Source of the DNA: Girardia tigrina
Taxonomy: Eukaryota
DNA: 48,675 nt
Assembly: GCA_001938485.1 (NCBI GenBank)
Contig: MQRK01254947.1
Location: 1 to 48,675, forward strand
Direction: 5' to 3'
Position numbers and translations under genes: made by a program. This document shows positions 21,180 to 34,863 of this stretch, piece by piece. Below the pieces are notes generated by a model. The model did no database searches and was not told where the DNA came from. It saw only the letters and a program-made list of their open reading frames with translations. Position 1 is the stretch's first letter. Each line of letters begins with the position of its first letter.

Positions 21180-22860
21180 GTAAATCGCATTCTGTCAAAA
21201 TTGCCTTTTCAACATTAATGCAAAATATTACATCTATCATTCATTGTTCTTAAGCTACTTATTTATCAAACCTGTAAAGATAACGTTTTAGTCTATTAGT
21301 AAAATTTTGGAATTCACAAAAGATTCTCATAGTGTGAAACCAATGCACCGAGTTTCTAAACCTTGTCCATGAAATAAAAGTCGTTCACCACAGTTTTTTA
21401 TCTCAATTATCGGTTCCACCAATTCTCGAATCGTTTGACGTGTATTTTCTTAAAGAAATTTGTTTTATCACTTTTCATAAAACAGATTTGGTTGACCATT
21501 GTAGGTCCCGTTTAAAGGACTGAAAAAGTCCCGCCCTTAAAATCAAAATTCCCATTTTTAAAGCTTGAAAATCAACAGCGGATGGTAGTTTCAGACATTA
21601 CTTCATTTTAATAGAAAGAAAAGATCTCACAAGCAGCTTCAGTAGCGTTAATTTCACGATTTAATTTAAAAATCTGATGGTATCGAAAATAAGCCATTTT
21701 ATATATTTGATACTCTCATAGAGGAGCTTCGGCTCCTCATATAATAAAATTGGAACACTTAGATTGAGTATTGTGAGAGCGATTTGTATAAGACGGAAAA
21801 AACCGTGAGTGGAAAAGGATATAATGTAACAAACCAAAAGCATAAAGTTCCTCCTGAGGCAAGTTACGCTTCTCGGTTACAAGTCAAGCGGCATTAGGCA
21901 TCAAATACCTCTCAAATACATCGATCGTTCTTAGGAATATTATATGTAGAGTTGGTAAATGCGGCCTCCAATAGGGCGTCGAGATGTAATGGATTCGTTT
22001 CGCCCTACCTAATAGATGGTAGATTATTGTACCTCTGGTCCCAGGGAGCAATCTTTATGAATTTCGATACACAAAAGGTAACTTGAAGGCTATAAAAACG
22101 GAGGTGCAGTATAATGGCGAAACAAAGGTAAAGAGAATGTGAAGGTGGGTAGATACTAGGCTGTACAAGTCCCTCAAGGGGCTGATACTATCTGATACTA
22201 TCAGCCGACCTAGGCGGATGTATAAATATCTCGGCTATTGCCTGAGTGACGGTTGTAATGTGATGGTGTGTCTGTGTGGTAGTGTGGTGCCTGTGTGGCA
22301 TGCGGAGACATTCACTCAATTGAAGGGTACAGGGGGAGGCCGCTAGTGAAAGAACTCCTGTGAAAACCCGGACACATGTAAAGGACGCCCGAAAGGGTCG
22401 ATACTTGGTGTGAATGCAACCAATATCAACCGGGTCTGAAATGCCCTTAGACCCCAAATAAATTGAAAATAAAACACAAGTATGTTTTCAAATCACACGT
22501 ATCTTCATAAAATGGTACAACAAAATTATCATACAATAAAATTACCATTTTCTGAACGTACGTGTGATTTTAGGAAAAGTCTAAAGAAAAGGTTTCTTTG
22601 GGTTTTAATTTGCGGGTGATCTTCATAACTCATAATCTATCGAGATATTTCTCAAATAAATTAAAAACTCCACGGGGTGTCGAAGCTAATCAAGTATATC
22701 AATTTAAATGCCACAAGTTTGAATCCTTATACGTCGGAGAAACAAATCCTAATCTCCGCACTTGAATAGTTGAACACACCAAATTGAGTAAGAATAGCTC
22801 GATTCCCGACTATATTAAAAATGCAGAAATAGAGATAAAGTTAACTATGAAACTGAATTT
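21180..22860 (+). mobile_element. Penelope-like element remnant (RT thumb, weak; GIY-YIG endonuclease), split by an insertion
   Basis: 22540-22820 translates to KLPF..LRVIF..KTP..NQVYQFKC...YVGET..L..*IVEH (GIY-YIG). 21180-21499 has weak LPF and LVH thumb-like remnants. Confidence 0.65.
21500..22456. mobile_element. ~957-bp hairpin-rich insertion, possible solo LTR
   Basis: Termini TGTAGGTC...GACCCCA, GC-richer than flanks, interrupts the Penelope remnant. No clean TSD. Confidence 0.45.
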
Positions 22861-23016
22861 ACAGTTTTGACGAAAAAATTTGACACATTGTTCGGTTTTG
22901 TTTTTAAATTAAGTTTTGTTAAAATTTATTCTTTAAATATTTCTTTTATAGAAGTAGAGTAAAAAAGGTTAATTTAATTTTAATATTAAAATTATATATA
23001 TATTTATATAAAATGG

Positions 23017-23064
<48 letters not shown>

Positions 23065-24383
23065 AAAATTAACATTTGTTGAAAAAAATGTTCAAATTGT
23101 TTTAATGTTTTACGATAACACCGTAATTGGCTTTGTATAATAAAATAACGAAATAAAAATTGAATTGAATCTATCGATTTTTATTTATTTTCATTATCCA
23201 AAGATAATTTCAATTATTTATCGTCAAACGATGATCAAGTGCTTTTCCAGTAAATTATTGAATAAAATTGGCAATTGTTCTCTGGTCTACGTATACAATC
23301 GGGTCTTAGCGAACGTTATCGACGATGTTGTGATCGTGAATGAAATAATTGTTATGAGTTTCTTGACTTAATCGACACGATTTCTGCTGTCATTCCCATT
23401 CGATATCTGCCTCAAATTGCAGAGTGGAGATCAAGTGTTCAGAAAATACGTAAATATTCCCAAGTCAGTCAGCGAGTTCATACAATTAATAACATGTGGC
23501 GCGGGGATTTCGATCGACACTGCATGCTGATTGAGGGTGATGCATGTATGCATTTGTGTTGTTATTATATATATTGGGTATTAAATTATCTTTAATCTCA
23601 AATATTTACTTTTTAAACACAAATCTTAAATCTTTAATCGTAAATCTTTATTCTTTAAACTTTAATCTTTATATCTTTGATCTGACTCCAATTAATCAGA
23701 AAGGACTTCCAACATAAATATATGAATAATGAACACAAATTCTTATATGAAACTTTATTTCAAATAACAAAAATTAACAAGTCAAAATAATAATAATAAT
23801 TCAATTCTTGATGACAGAACACAAACACAAAACAATATTTCGTACGAGTTAATAGATTACAGTAAAAACTGTGAATCTCCCAAAACGAACGATATTGTAC
23901 TTTTAAAATAAACCTTTTTCTCCCATTTAGGATACTTATGGTTTACCAATATTTTAAAAGAATAAAATGAAAATAAAATAAATTTTGTATTTACGTTACT
24001 TGTTACAGAGACTTCTTCTTTGAGTAAATTTCTTGCAGATATTTTTGGGCAAACTAAAACTAAATTTGCTGCTGTTTATATAGCAGTTTTCATCAGCCTT
24101 GAAAATTGATGAAGTAAAACAAAGATTTTTAATCTTTATTTATAATTTTTGGTGAAGTAAAACAAACATTTATAATTTTTAATTCCAAGTTTTGTTAAAC
24201 TAAATATTATTTTGTTTGAAATTAAGAATTTTACTAAAAGAATTATTTAAAAATTTTCCTTTATAAAATTTAATCAAAAGTGTTCACATATATTATTCGA
24301 AACCCTAACATATATATTTATATTTGAATATAGATGGTAATGATAATAATAATAATATAAATAATAATAAAAATAGAGATAAA

Positions 24384-24431
<48 letters not shown>

Positions 24432-24722
24432 GATAATAAAAATGACAATGATTTACATAATAATGTAATCGAACACATTCCGTCCCCACTGATGATTCGT
24501 AGGAGATCAAAATATAATAAAATGTGCTTCCACCGCGCTGCTGCCGCAACACATATCATGTGAGGATAGTCACTGAGGCATTATTAATAAAACATTTAAA
24601 ACAATGCTTAAATGTTCAAAGTAAATTATCCAATTATAATAATTTTTTTAATATTAAAAAAATAAAAATAAATTGTGCAAGTCAATTTGCCATATAAATA
24701 TTTTGTAATCCGAAATTACTTC

Positions 24723-24759
24723 ACAACTGATGATGCCTTAATAGCGAAACAGGTTTTGT
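24723..24759 (+). ncRNA. Minimal hammerhead ribozyme (partly decayed) in a pseudo-LTR-like stretch between (AT)n tracts
   Basis: ACAA-CUGAUGA-U-GC(CUUAAUA)GC-GAAA-CAGG-UU-UUGU; AATAAA downstream. Confidence 0.6.
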
Positions 24760-24883
24760 ATGATAAAAAGCTAATAAAATAGCAATTTTTCTTTATTTTG
24801 TTTATATATATATNNNNNNNNNNNNNNNNNNNNNNNNNNNNNNNNNNNNNNNNNNNNNNNNNNTATATATATATATATATAAT

Positions 24884-25081
24884 ATGGGTACGCAGCCTCT
24901 AATTTTTTTTTAATCCATTTTTATAACAAAATTCTGAGTTTCAAAATTTGACCTTTATTGCACAAAAAGGTCAAGTTCTGGAATTTTTACACCTCACATG
25001 TTATATATCAAAATACTCGCCTTGACGAGTAGATTTAGAATATGCAAAAATTAGAGGCTGCGTACCCATTGTGCCACCCTG
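24884..25081. mobile_element. Tc1/mariner-type MITE
   Basis: Inverted repeat ATGGGTACGCAGCCTCTAATTTTT. Right end CCACCCTG followed by TA; left tip lost in (AT)n. Confidence 0.7.
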
Positions 25082-25550
25082 TATATATACAAAATAAAAG
25101 TTAAATATATTTTTTATTTTCAATTTAAAAAGCAAAATAAATTTTTTTCAGTCAATAATCTCAGACAAATTCGAATAGAAACTAAATTTATTTTATGTAA
25201 ATAAGAAAATTATTTTAAAAAATTTGTTTAAATAATCTAATTATTATCATTACGAAATAAAAAATTCAAATTCGCAAGACAATTATGAGTGAAGTGAAAT
25301 TAGTAACGATACATTGGCCAGTTGTCTGAAACAATTGGTAATGAATTTTGAAGAGAGTAAAGAATCATTTATCAATGTTTTTATTCATGTTTTTAATTAA
25401 TTATCGGATAATGTTTGTTATATTATAATTATCAAATAATATCCGCAAAATCGTTTTGACCTATATCACGCTAAAGTGATCGATAATATGACATCAAAAC
25501 TCATCTATTCATACGAGTAAGTCACTTTTTCGGTCAATCTAAGTCGCAGT

Positions 25551-26135
25551 TTTACTTATTTGGTACGACTGTTATACTGCCCCCCACATGTTATATAATC
25601 GGTGAAGATTTATATATTCTTTAAGATTAATTATTTATTTAATTACTTTATTTAATAAATTAATAATAATTAATTTAATTTATTTAAATTAATTAATTAA
25701 TTTAATTAATCGAATAAATAAATTTTAATTAATTATTTATTTATTTTGTAATTTAATTTAATAATTATTTTATTCTTTAAGATTAATTATTATTTAATTA
25801 CTTTATTTATTAAATTAATAATAATTAATTAAATTTATTTTAATTAATTAATTTAATTCATTGAATAAATAAATTAGTGAATCAATAAATCAATTATTAC
25901 ATAAATGAATAAAAAGTAAATAAAGTAAAGAATAAATTAATTATTGAATGAATAAATTATTTAATTTGATTTGATTGAATTTTAATTAATAATTAATTAT
26001 TTCATTTTTTATTAATTAATTAACAATTTTATTCATCCATTAAACCACCTATTCTTCTAATTCGAAACGAAATTATGTAATCTATACATTACATAATATA
26101 TGGGGGCAGTATAACATTCGTTCCCATAAAGATAA
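25551..26135. mobile_element. MITE-like element with TIRs and an almost pure A/T interior
   Basis: TGTTATACTGCCCCC (~25570) and GGGGGCAGTATAACA (~26102). Interior has a ~155-bp tandem duplication. Superfamily unassigned. Confidence 0.6.
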
Positions 26136-26308
26136 AAGGTTGCCAAACTCATAACCAAAAAACACAAATACCTTTGCAAAAGACAAAAAAATAAGATTGT
26201 CCTTTGTAATGAGTGTAAGAAATCTGTGAGGTTATTACACAAGGTGCATCTCTAAAAAGATTCCAACAGTATTCATTCAGATTCAGTTGTAGGTTTTTTT
26301 TAAATTGA

Positions 26309-26478
26309 AACTTAAAAAGCAAAGACTCATTTAAATAGTGTTTATTTCTTTAAATTTTGCACATTTCCTTCACTGAATATTTTTGGTAGATGCCTAAACT
26401 AATGTAATATTCAGTGAAGGAAATGTGTAAAATTTAAAGAAATAAACACTATTTTAATGAGTCTTTGCTTTTTAAGTT
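26309..26478. repeat. Fold-back inverted repeat, 73-bp arms, 24-nt spacer
   Basis: 26309-26381 is the reverse complement of 26406-26478 with about three mismatches. Confidence 0.9.
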
Positions 26479-26535
26479 ATGGACTTAATATTCCTAGTGG
26501 TATTTAGAACACTAATTGGATTTTTAATACATTTA

Positions 26536-28492
26536 CAGTCAACTCTATCTATTTTCACAAATTTAGGACCGGATAAATTGGAAAAAAGTAAAATTATAAA
26601 AATTGCTATGTAATTTCACATATATAATTTAATGGAAAAACAGCACTGATAAATATTATAATATATTATTAATTCACCAAATAACAAAAATTTACCATAA
26701 AAAATCCAATATAATCATAACAAGAAAATTCTTAAATCATACAGTCATAAAAAAATCATAAATCAAAATAATCGACAAGTGTCTTTTGCTTTGAATTTTT
26801 CTTCTAATTTGATTAAAATCAATTTTCAATATTTTTAATATTCTAATTTCATTATTACTTTTTTTGTTCTTGTTCCTCTAAAAATTTTATCAATGTGTTA
26901 CATGCATTTGTTGCTTCTTTATAAGTTGTGGGAATTATATGGCTCTGTGAAGATGAAGATTCATTTGTTTCCAAAAATTCATCATCTAAATTGTTTGTTA
27001 ATTCATCATTATTTAACTCAACATTTAGTTTATACTCTTCTCTATCTATAACTTCTTCAATAGAAATAAATTCTTCAACTGTCATTGGATCACTAATATT
27101 AATCTTCTTAATCAAGTATTCTAATTCTTTTTCGTCCTTTCGAGCAATGCTTGTCTTGTCCAATGAACTCAATGCAGACTTGATAAGTTTCGTATGCTTC
27201 CAACAATTTTGAATTGTTTCAGTGGATACATCATCCCACGCACTAACAACATATTTAATTGCTTGTAATAAATTAATTTTATTATTAATAATGCCATTAT
27301 TATCTGCAAAAGAATCAAGTAAATAATTTAAAAATCTTTTTCGATATTTTCTTTTGAATGATGCAATGATTCCGGCATTGAGTGGTTGTAACCTCGCGGT
27401 TGTATTGGGTGGTAAAAAATGAACATTTATAGATTTTAAGTTCATATATTAATTATTAATTTTGTCATCCACGCGTTGGTATTTGATTTGTAAATGTAAA
27501 AGAAACATCGTGGGTTTTGAGACGTTCCTATGATGAGTGGCTCACATTTCCCTGTTCCCGTTACATTTGTACATAAAGCTATAGTTATGCACTCTTTATC
27601 TTTTTTTCTTACCAGCTATCCTCTGGGATGCTAATGTTTTGTCAGGCTCTAATCGGTAGTAAACTGCTGTTTCATCAAAATTAAACATCATTAGGATTGT
27701 ATTGGCTTATTAAATTTTGGAAAATAAGTAAGGATTCGTTAACAAGATCTCCATCTACATTTCATACCTCTCAATGAATGTGTTGTTTTTTAATCCCATG
27801 TCTTTGTTTGAAGTCTGAGAGCCATCTATCTGAAAAATTAATTCTTTCATTGTACAGAATGCGTAATTTATCACATATTCTTTTTCCTTGATTATAAATT
27901 ATTTCATCAGTTAATATCAATCTCACTTCATTTATATAAAACTATTCAATCAAATCTTTTTCTAATTGTGGATGCCTGACATTACCAGTTCTAAATGAAT
28001 TTGGATTCACTATCTGGCTTATTTCGATATCAAATTGAGGAGAATTAATGATTTTAGTGACAGTCGATCGATCAATGGTTTTCTTAAATTCTTTCTTAAT
28101 CCAGTGTAACAACGAATAACAAATCTATAAAGTTTATTTTTCAATAACAAATACAATTAAATAGATATTATTTAAACAAATAATTATCTATATTTTTTCA
28201 TGTTAAATATTTCATTTAATAAATAAATTTAACATGTAACATCCAGGAAACCAATTGTTCATGTGTTAGTTTATTGTTCGCTTTGTAATGTTCATAGAGC
28301 TTTGCTTTTTCCCGCTTTGGTGAGTGAAACATTGCACTTTTTAATATGGACCATGTTTTGATGGGTTCGGATTTGTTAAATTTATTTAAAAATTTTGAAA
28401 ATAAGCAATTAAATTAAATTGATTGAAATATTTAAACAAAGTGTGAAATTGTCCAATTGTGAAATTATTGAGCGTGAAAATAGAGTTGACTG
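26536..28492 (-). mobile_element. pogo/Tigger-like DNA transposon (CENP-B HTH plus DDE), internally deleted
   Basis: TIR CAGTCAACTCTAT / ATAGAGTTGACTG with TA TSD. FNFDETA (~27680), FLPPNTTARLQPLNAGIIASFK (ORF 26855-27445), HPQLEKDL HTH (~27970). Confidence 0.92.
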
Positions 28493-30342
28493 TATTTGTA
28501 TCACAACTTGAATCGCCACTTGGACAATTCTCCATAAAACTTTCGTAGCTAGACATCGTTCTTGATTGATAAATTCAATTCTATTTCTCAACGTCTTATT
28601 ATTTAAAGAAATTTAAATTACAATTCGATTTCAAAAATAATTTATAATATAAATTACAAAAATAATTTTTATTATTTTAGAAAATATTTTATATATATTA
28701 TTTATGACATATTAATTTAATTTTAAAGTAAGTTTTTTAAATTCTAAAATTGAATAAATACTTCGACGTTTTAAAATATCAATCTTCTATCTGGGTGGGA
28801 GAAACACAATCCTAAAACAACATACAATAAACACCACTCAAAATATTCCTCACAATTATTATCAATTATTTTTATATTTTATTTTATTTTGATTTATGAG
28901 TTATTATTATTATGGAAAATAATAACGCAAAATTATATTCTAAAAATATTTAATTATTCAAAATATACACGTGATAATCCAATTATTTAAACAATTGGCA
29001 TTTTAATAAATCATATTTATTTACATTGGGGAGTTAATTATTTGAATGTTTCGAACCATATTTTATATAAAATAATTATTAAGTTAGTTTACATTTAATA
29101 TTTACTAATATTAATTTATATCTCACAATTATTATTATTTATCTTGGATATTAAAATAAAAAATAAAATAAATTATATTATTTTTTTATTAAAACATTGA
29201 ATTATTTTAAAAAATTTCCAGAAATTTTCTATTTTAAATAGTCTCACCACATATAAACAATATAATTTTTCAATATAGTAATATCAACAAATTTTTCAAT
29301 CGAGCAAGTAGGCCAGAAAATATTTTATTGCACCAATTTGTATCTTTTACTTCAAAAGATGTGTTACTGTGGTTTTCAATTTATCCGTGTTTCAAATGTC
29401 GTTTAATGTGATGAAACAAGAGAAAATTTATGAGACCAAATTCCACAAAGCCACTTTCATGAAGAGTTAATATTGCTACAGAACGTTTGTTCATTTGATC
29501 TTTATTAGACTGAAAAAATTATTTGTCTTTGGGGCTTTCATTCCCCTTTCTTCGCAATTTGAATAACATTAACATAACACTCCCTTTAATGTTACCTCAT
29601 AGATTTCAGAAAAGGGTCACTATATGGTGTCATTGATGGACGGGTTGTCCATTTGTGTAGATGTGATGCTCTATTTGGTTATTTATCTCAGATGTTGTCT
29701 TTTTTCGCTGTCTTTTAAGTGTTGGAAAATAATTTCTTTTATTTTTGTATTTTCAATAGTTTCCAGTTTGATTTCCTTCTTTTCAATTATTTCTCTGTTT
29801 TTATTAACCGTTTGATTATTTATTTTTATTTCCATTATAGTTGAATTGAAATTTTCCTTTGTTGCTAGTGTATTAATGCTTCTTTTCCAAGTTTTCTTTT
29901 TATTATAAAAGTTTGTTATTTTTGTTTTGTTGTGAGTTTGTATAGTTCAAATGCGATTTGATGGTTTTTGTTTCAAATCAAAGTACTGGTTTTTGTCGTT
30001 ACTAATAATTTTTGGGTTCTTACAATCTACCAGTAGGTTATGGTGTGCGAGAAAATCAGCATCTAATATTGGACAGTTAACTGAAGCTTCTACGAAATTC
30101 CAGGATAATTTTTCTTTATTTAACATTATTTCTCTCATCTCGTGACCGAACTTTTCTATAGTACTCCCCCCATTTATTGCGTATAACGTAGTGGGAGATT
30201 TATATTTGATTGGACATTTGTATTTTAACCTTAAATTCAATGGTAAAATTAATAACGCAGGACCTGTGTCAACTAAAAACATATAATTACTATTTACATC
30301 GTGCACCGTAAATGTGGCTAAAGTCTCAATACGCAAAGGTAC

Positions 30343-31826
30343 TGTGATAACTCACATTTGACATCAAAATATTTATATTATTTATTCGGCTATTAATATT
30401 ATATCTCAGATTATTATTAACATGTTATTAACTATTATTTATTATGTATATGTATGTGGGAAAATCTGATATTTTGGGGGAGAAAGGCCGGTGGACATAA
30501 CATAAAATACCTCAAATTTTAATTGAGGTACAGGCTGCCATGATGATTACTTGCTCCAACGTGTCGCGATCCGTTTCCGCCCATCCATTTGATCGGGGGG
30601 CGCTGGCGCTCGGTGAGCGCGTGCTCGTGACACACGTCTTTCGCGCCCATTATCGATTTATTGAGGAGTGGATAATTCGATAGCGACGCTTTTGCCGCGC
30701 GCAAATACGATGAGAATCGATTTGCGTTTGGCGGAATTACTTGACGGAAATTGGTTTTCTTTGTCGTTATTCGGGCTTAGAAAATTAAAATCACGCATGG
30801 AAACGTTTCTAATTGTTTAGCAGAATCGATTGGGAACAAATACAGTCGATAATTCAATATAATCTCTATTCATAAATTTAAAATCTCGAAAATTTTTTAT
30901 TGTATTTATATTTATATTTAAACAATTTATATTTAAACAATTTTACAAATTTTTATTTTCAATTCGACATTTTTATTTACATTAAGAAAGTTATTATTTA
31001 ATGTTCGATTGTTGTCGATTCGACTTTTTTTCTTGAGTTTTTTTAAATTTTAATAAGAAAATTTTTTTGATATTAAATGAAAAGGGGAAAAATTGACACG
31101 TGAAAAAAAAGTTTATTAATTTTAATTAAATTATTTAAATGTTGTGTGATCTAGTGGTCACTACAGTATTATATGTATTATTATTAAAATATATTTTACG
31201 TCTTAATGACATGATGTCCTTAAGATTATTTAAAATTAAAAATTTAATAAAATTAATTGTACGATAATATCGATTAAAAAATAATACATCACAATCAAAA
31301 AAGTATTTATATTTATACTAACCTGGAGGATTGTGATTGCGTTTTTTTGTTTTGAGTCATCAATTGTATATTAACATTTATTCAGTGGTCTTTGCATATT
31401 TTTGTTTATCAATTCGATCCTATATCCAATCATCTAATCTTATAACAATCATAGAACCGTATAATCAAGAATAAAAACAAACAAATTTTATTCCTTACTC
31501 GTTTACGCATCTATCGAAAAAAAAGAAGCTGAAGATAAAACATTTTTCCTATTTCCTATCAAAGTTTTACTGCCAAAAGATAATTGTTTTTTGAATTGTT
31601 GCGAGTTTTGAAATATTGAAGTAATTTATTTATTATTTATTTCCTTATAATTACCTCTCCTGTTTATATCGAAGTGTTTCAATTTATTGTACCTTCTTTT
31701 TCTTTGTGTTAATTTAATTATAACAAATAAATATTATATATCTAAAAAATTCATTTATATTTTTTTTGTTAAAACTAAATTTTTTTGGCAACCGAATAGT
31801 CGTTGATCAATTAATTTAGTTTTACA
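30343..31826. mobile_element. Solo LTR (1484 bp)
   Basis: TGTGATAA...TTTTACA termini; 5-bp TSD GGTAC/GGTGC (one mismatch). Removing it rejoins gag and protease of element D. Confidence 0.8.
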
Positions 31827-32802
31827 GGTGCTTTTGAGTGAGACGGATTTAGTTTAAAGAAGGAAATTCGCACGGTGATGTACATTTGTATGATTTTTCC
31901 CCAAATTTATGATGATAGAAACAATATCCTGATTCATTTTTCTTCCACGGTTTTTTGCAAATTTCTTTCCAATTTCGTTTGTTTTATAAATATTTTCTTT
32001 GTTTTTTGTTTCTTTATTTAATTTTAGTTTTATAATTCATTTGTTTCGGTTTCCAAATTGTTCAATTTTTTAAGTATTTCATTTAGTACTACGATGATTT
32101 TTCTCTCATTCGATTTTTTTTCAGTGTTGTTTACATCATTAGTTCTTTGAAAACCTTGTTAGTAAATTTTGTCAGCTCTTTCAGCCATTTCTTGAACTTC
32201 TATTATATTATTTGCTGCCAGTAGTTTCCTCGTTTCTTCGGGTAGTGATCTCATGAAGATTATTTTTATGATTTCATCGCTATTATCATCTATTAGATCC
32301 ATCTTGTTTTTTATTATTTTTAAATTTTCCGATGGTTTTCTGTCTCCTAGGTAGTTTTCGTTGATGCATTGCTCAAACACTCTGTTTTTTTAATTATTGT
32401 TAAGTTGTTTAATATTTTCTTTAGACTTTCACAATGTCTATTTGATTCCATAATTTTATCGATATGGGGGGTTATTTTGATTAATATTTTTGTTGGTAAT
32501 TTGTTTATTGCTGTTGCACAGGTTGTTATCTCGTCTGTGTATTAGTTTGGACACTGTGTCAATGTAGGTAATCCAGCCGTTTGGTGAGTCGTATGTGTCG
32601 GTGAAAGAATCTAGGGTGTCTAATTTTTGTCTTTTGAAAATAAGTTGTTTTATATTATCTGTGTTTGTTGTTGAACTGTTGTTATTTTGCTTTGTTTTTT
32701 GACATTTTGTCGTTTTGTTGTTTTGCCTGAAGTGAAGTTTTCTTTCTCAGCATGTTTCTTTTATTTTTTTTTTAAAATCGGAAGTGAGTTTCTATTTTTT
32801 TT

Positions 32803-32814
32803 CTTCTGACACCA
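32803..32814 (-). promoter_or_regulatory. Primer-binding site, probably tRNA-Leu
   Basis: TGGTGTCAGAAG upstream of gag; tRNA assignment is from memory. Confidence 0.6.
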
Positions 32815-34863
32815 GTTATTGAAGATCGATGAATTGTCTTCAATTAAATAGAATAATTGAAAATATCCAACAAAGAATTATCAAATAGATAAAAAGATAA
32901 ATCCAACTATAAATTTTGATTCAATTAAAATAATCTATTACATTATTCTAATTTATGAACACACCCACGTGACAGCTATTATTGTTGGTCACTTCACTGT
33001 CTATTTTGAAAGAGATATAAATAATCCATTTGCACCATCTTTAAATTTCTCATTAAAGTATGATTTTCAAAATCTGCTATAATATGAATTTATAAAACGT
33101 AGAAACTAATAAAAAAAACCAATTTAATCATTTAAATAAAAATCTATATTGATGGATTAAAATTTATCAAAAATTAATATTTTATCGAATGAGTTGTTGT
33201 GTAATAAGAAGAGTCTCAAAATTTGGTCGTATTTAAGGCTACCAAGAAAATTACTCTCGATTAAAATAAAAGTACAAATCCAATCACACAACAAATGACG
33301 CAGAAAATGATTTGACTGAGGCCAGAAATTGTAACAATGAGTCACTCTAATGACAATTGTGTTATTCGCCCGAATGTCAAAATTGGTAAGAGTAACAACA
33401 CCACTACTCTGTTTTCATAATTTTTGACCATCGACTTTACACCACTCTCTGACACAAATACACTAATTGATTTTCGGTATGATTTTTACTGCTTTGTGTC
33501 TCAAATATTATTTTTATCAGACTTTTTTATCTGTTCATTTTATATGTAAATTAATTCTTTATTCAATTGTTGGATAAAGAGTTTTATTTATTAACAGTTA
33601 TAAAATTACTCGATGTGAGTGCCTATTAATTTTACGTACTCGGGTTTTGTCAGAAGCTCTTGGAACCGTTCAAGAATCTGAATGGAGGTGGATACATCGA
33701 TAAACCGGGTAGGGACGCCGACCCGTTTCACTCGTGTTCAAGAATACATTCGATCTATGTTACGATTTCGGTAATGAATCGGAATCAATCAAAAATCTAA
33801 CTTTTGATTTTTGGTTATCAAGTTTCACTTGATAAACAAATTTGGTCAATTTAAAAATTGTTTTTAGATATAAATAATTATATGAATTTAAGTTATCAAA
33901 ATTAAAATATATTTAATCCAAATTTTTAATTAACTTTTAAATTATTTAACTTTAAAAAATTATTTTTACACAAGTTTTAAATTTAACTAAAATTATTTAT
34001 AACCTCAATTTATTTTTTAAGCTCCTCCGGAATAAAGGTGATTCTCACAAAATGTTTCTGAATAACAATTTTCTATTTAATATCTTCCACAAGATTATAT
34101 CTTCTAAATGAATTTTCTTTTTGATAACTTATACAATAATACATTTTTCTTAACCAATTTCCAATTAGATGTCTTCCACAATAATTAATTCTCCCCAATG
34201 AAGTATTGAAATTGAATATTGATCCTTTAATTTTATAAAAAAACTATTATAAAACTTTTTCCAAACTTTACCCTTAACATAATAAAAAACTATTGCTAAA
34301 TCAATCTTTATTTACCTTTTTATAGATATCTTTAACTACGCTTAATTTTGATTCATACGTGTTATTTCAATTCAACTTCAATAACTTTGATTCCTACGCA
34401 TTATTTCAATTCAACTTACATTTTTGGTCTCTAGACCTTTACAATTTTTTATTGTTAATTTTTTTATAAATAATAATTTTTATAGTTAAAATTTTTTTTA
34501 TTTATTTACTTTTTAATATAAATATTATGTAAATAATAATACTCTATTACTATTTTTTAAAAGTTTATTTAATCAACAAAAACAAAATACACAAAACACT
34601 TTCCCCAACACTATAGAAATTTATTAATTATGACATTAACAAACAGATTTTCAAAGCTTTTCGATTAAAGCTCTATTTGACACTAGTAATTTATTAATGT
34701 CATCTTGCTTCGTTAGCCATTTTAAAGCATTTTCAAATGCAGGCTCCTAAAATTAGCATGATTATTACGCAATATTTGTATAATTAAAATTAATTACGGA
34801 ATTTTGTGCATTTTCTTTATCTATTATCAATAATGCTCTCTTCATAATTTCCACTGTTCTATC

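Larger units (their letters stand above)
29620..32814 (-). mobile_element. CsRn1-like Ty3/gypsy fragment D (PBS, gag, CHCC finger, protease, RT start), split by a solo LTR
   Basis: PBS at 32803-32814; gag LGDRKPSE (ORF 32159-32380); CFYHHKFG...C..PC (~31870-31925); slippery TTTAAAC at 31858-31852; protease FLVDTG..ILDADFL (ORF 29947-30336). Confidence 0.85.

Noticed and set aside
24274-24563. ORFs with IYIYIY runs (also 38226-38417)
   Set aside because: Translations of (AT)n and (AAT)n microsatellites.
26160-26250. Possible piggyBac Cys-rich C-terminus (LCKRQK..CNECKKSV..H)
   Set aside because: Too short and incomplete; no transposase core or TTAA-flanked ends seen.
32960-34230. Exon-like patches with a hydrophobic stretch, possible membrane-protein pseudogene
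   Set aside because: Could not assemble a consistent frame or recognise a family.
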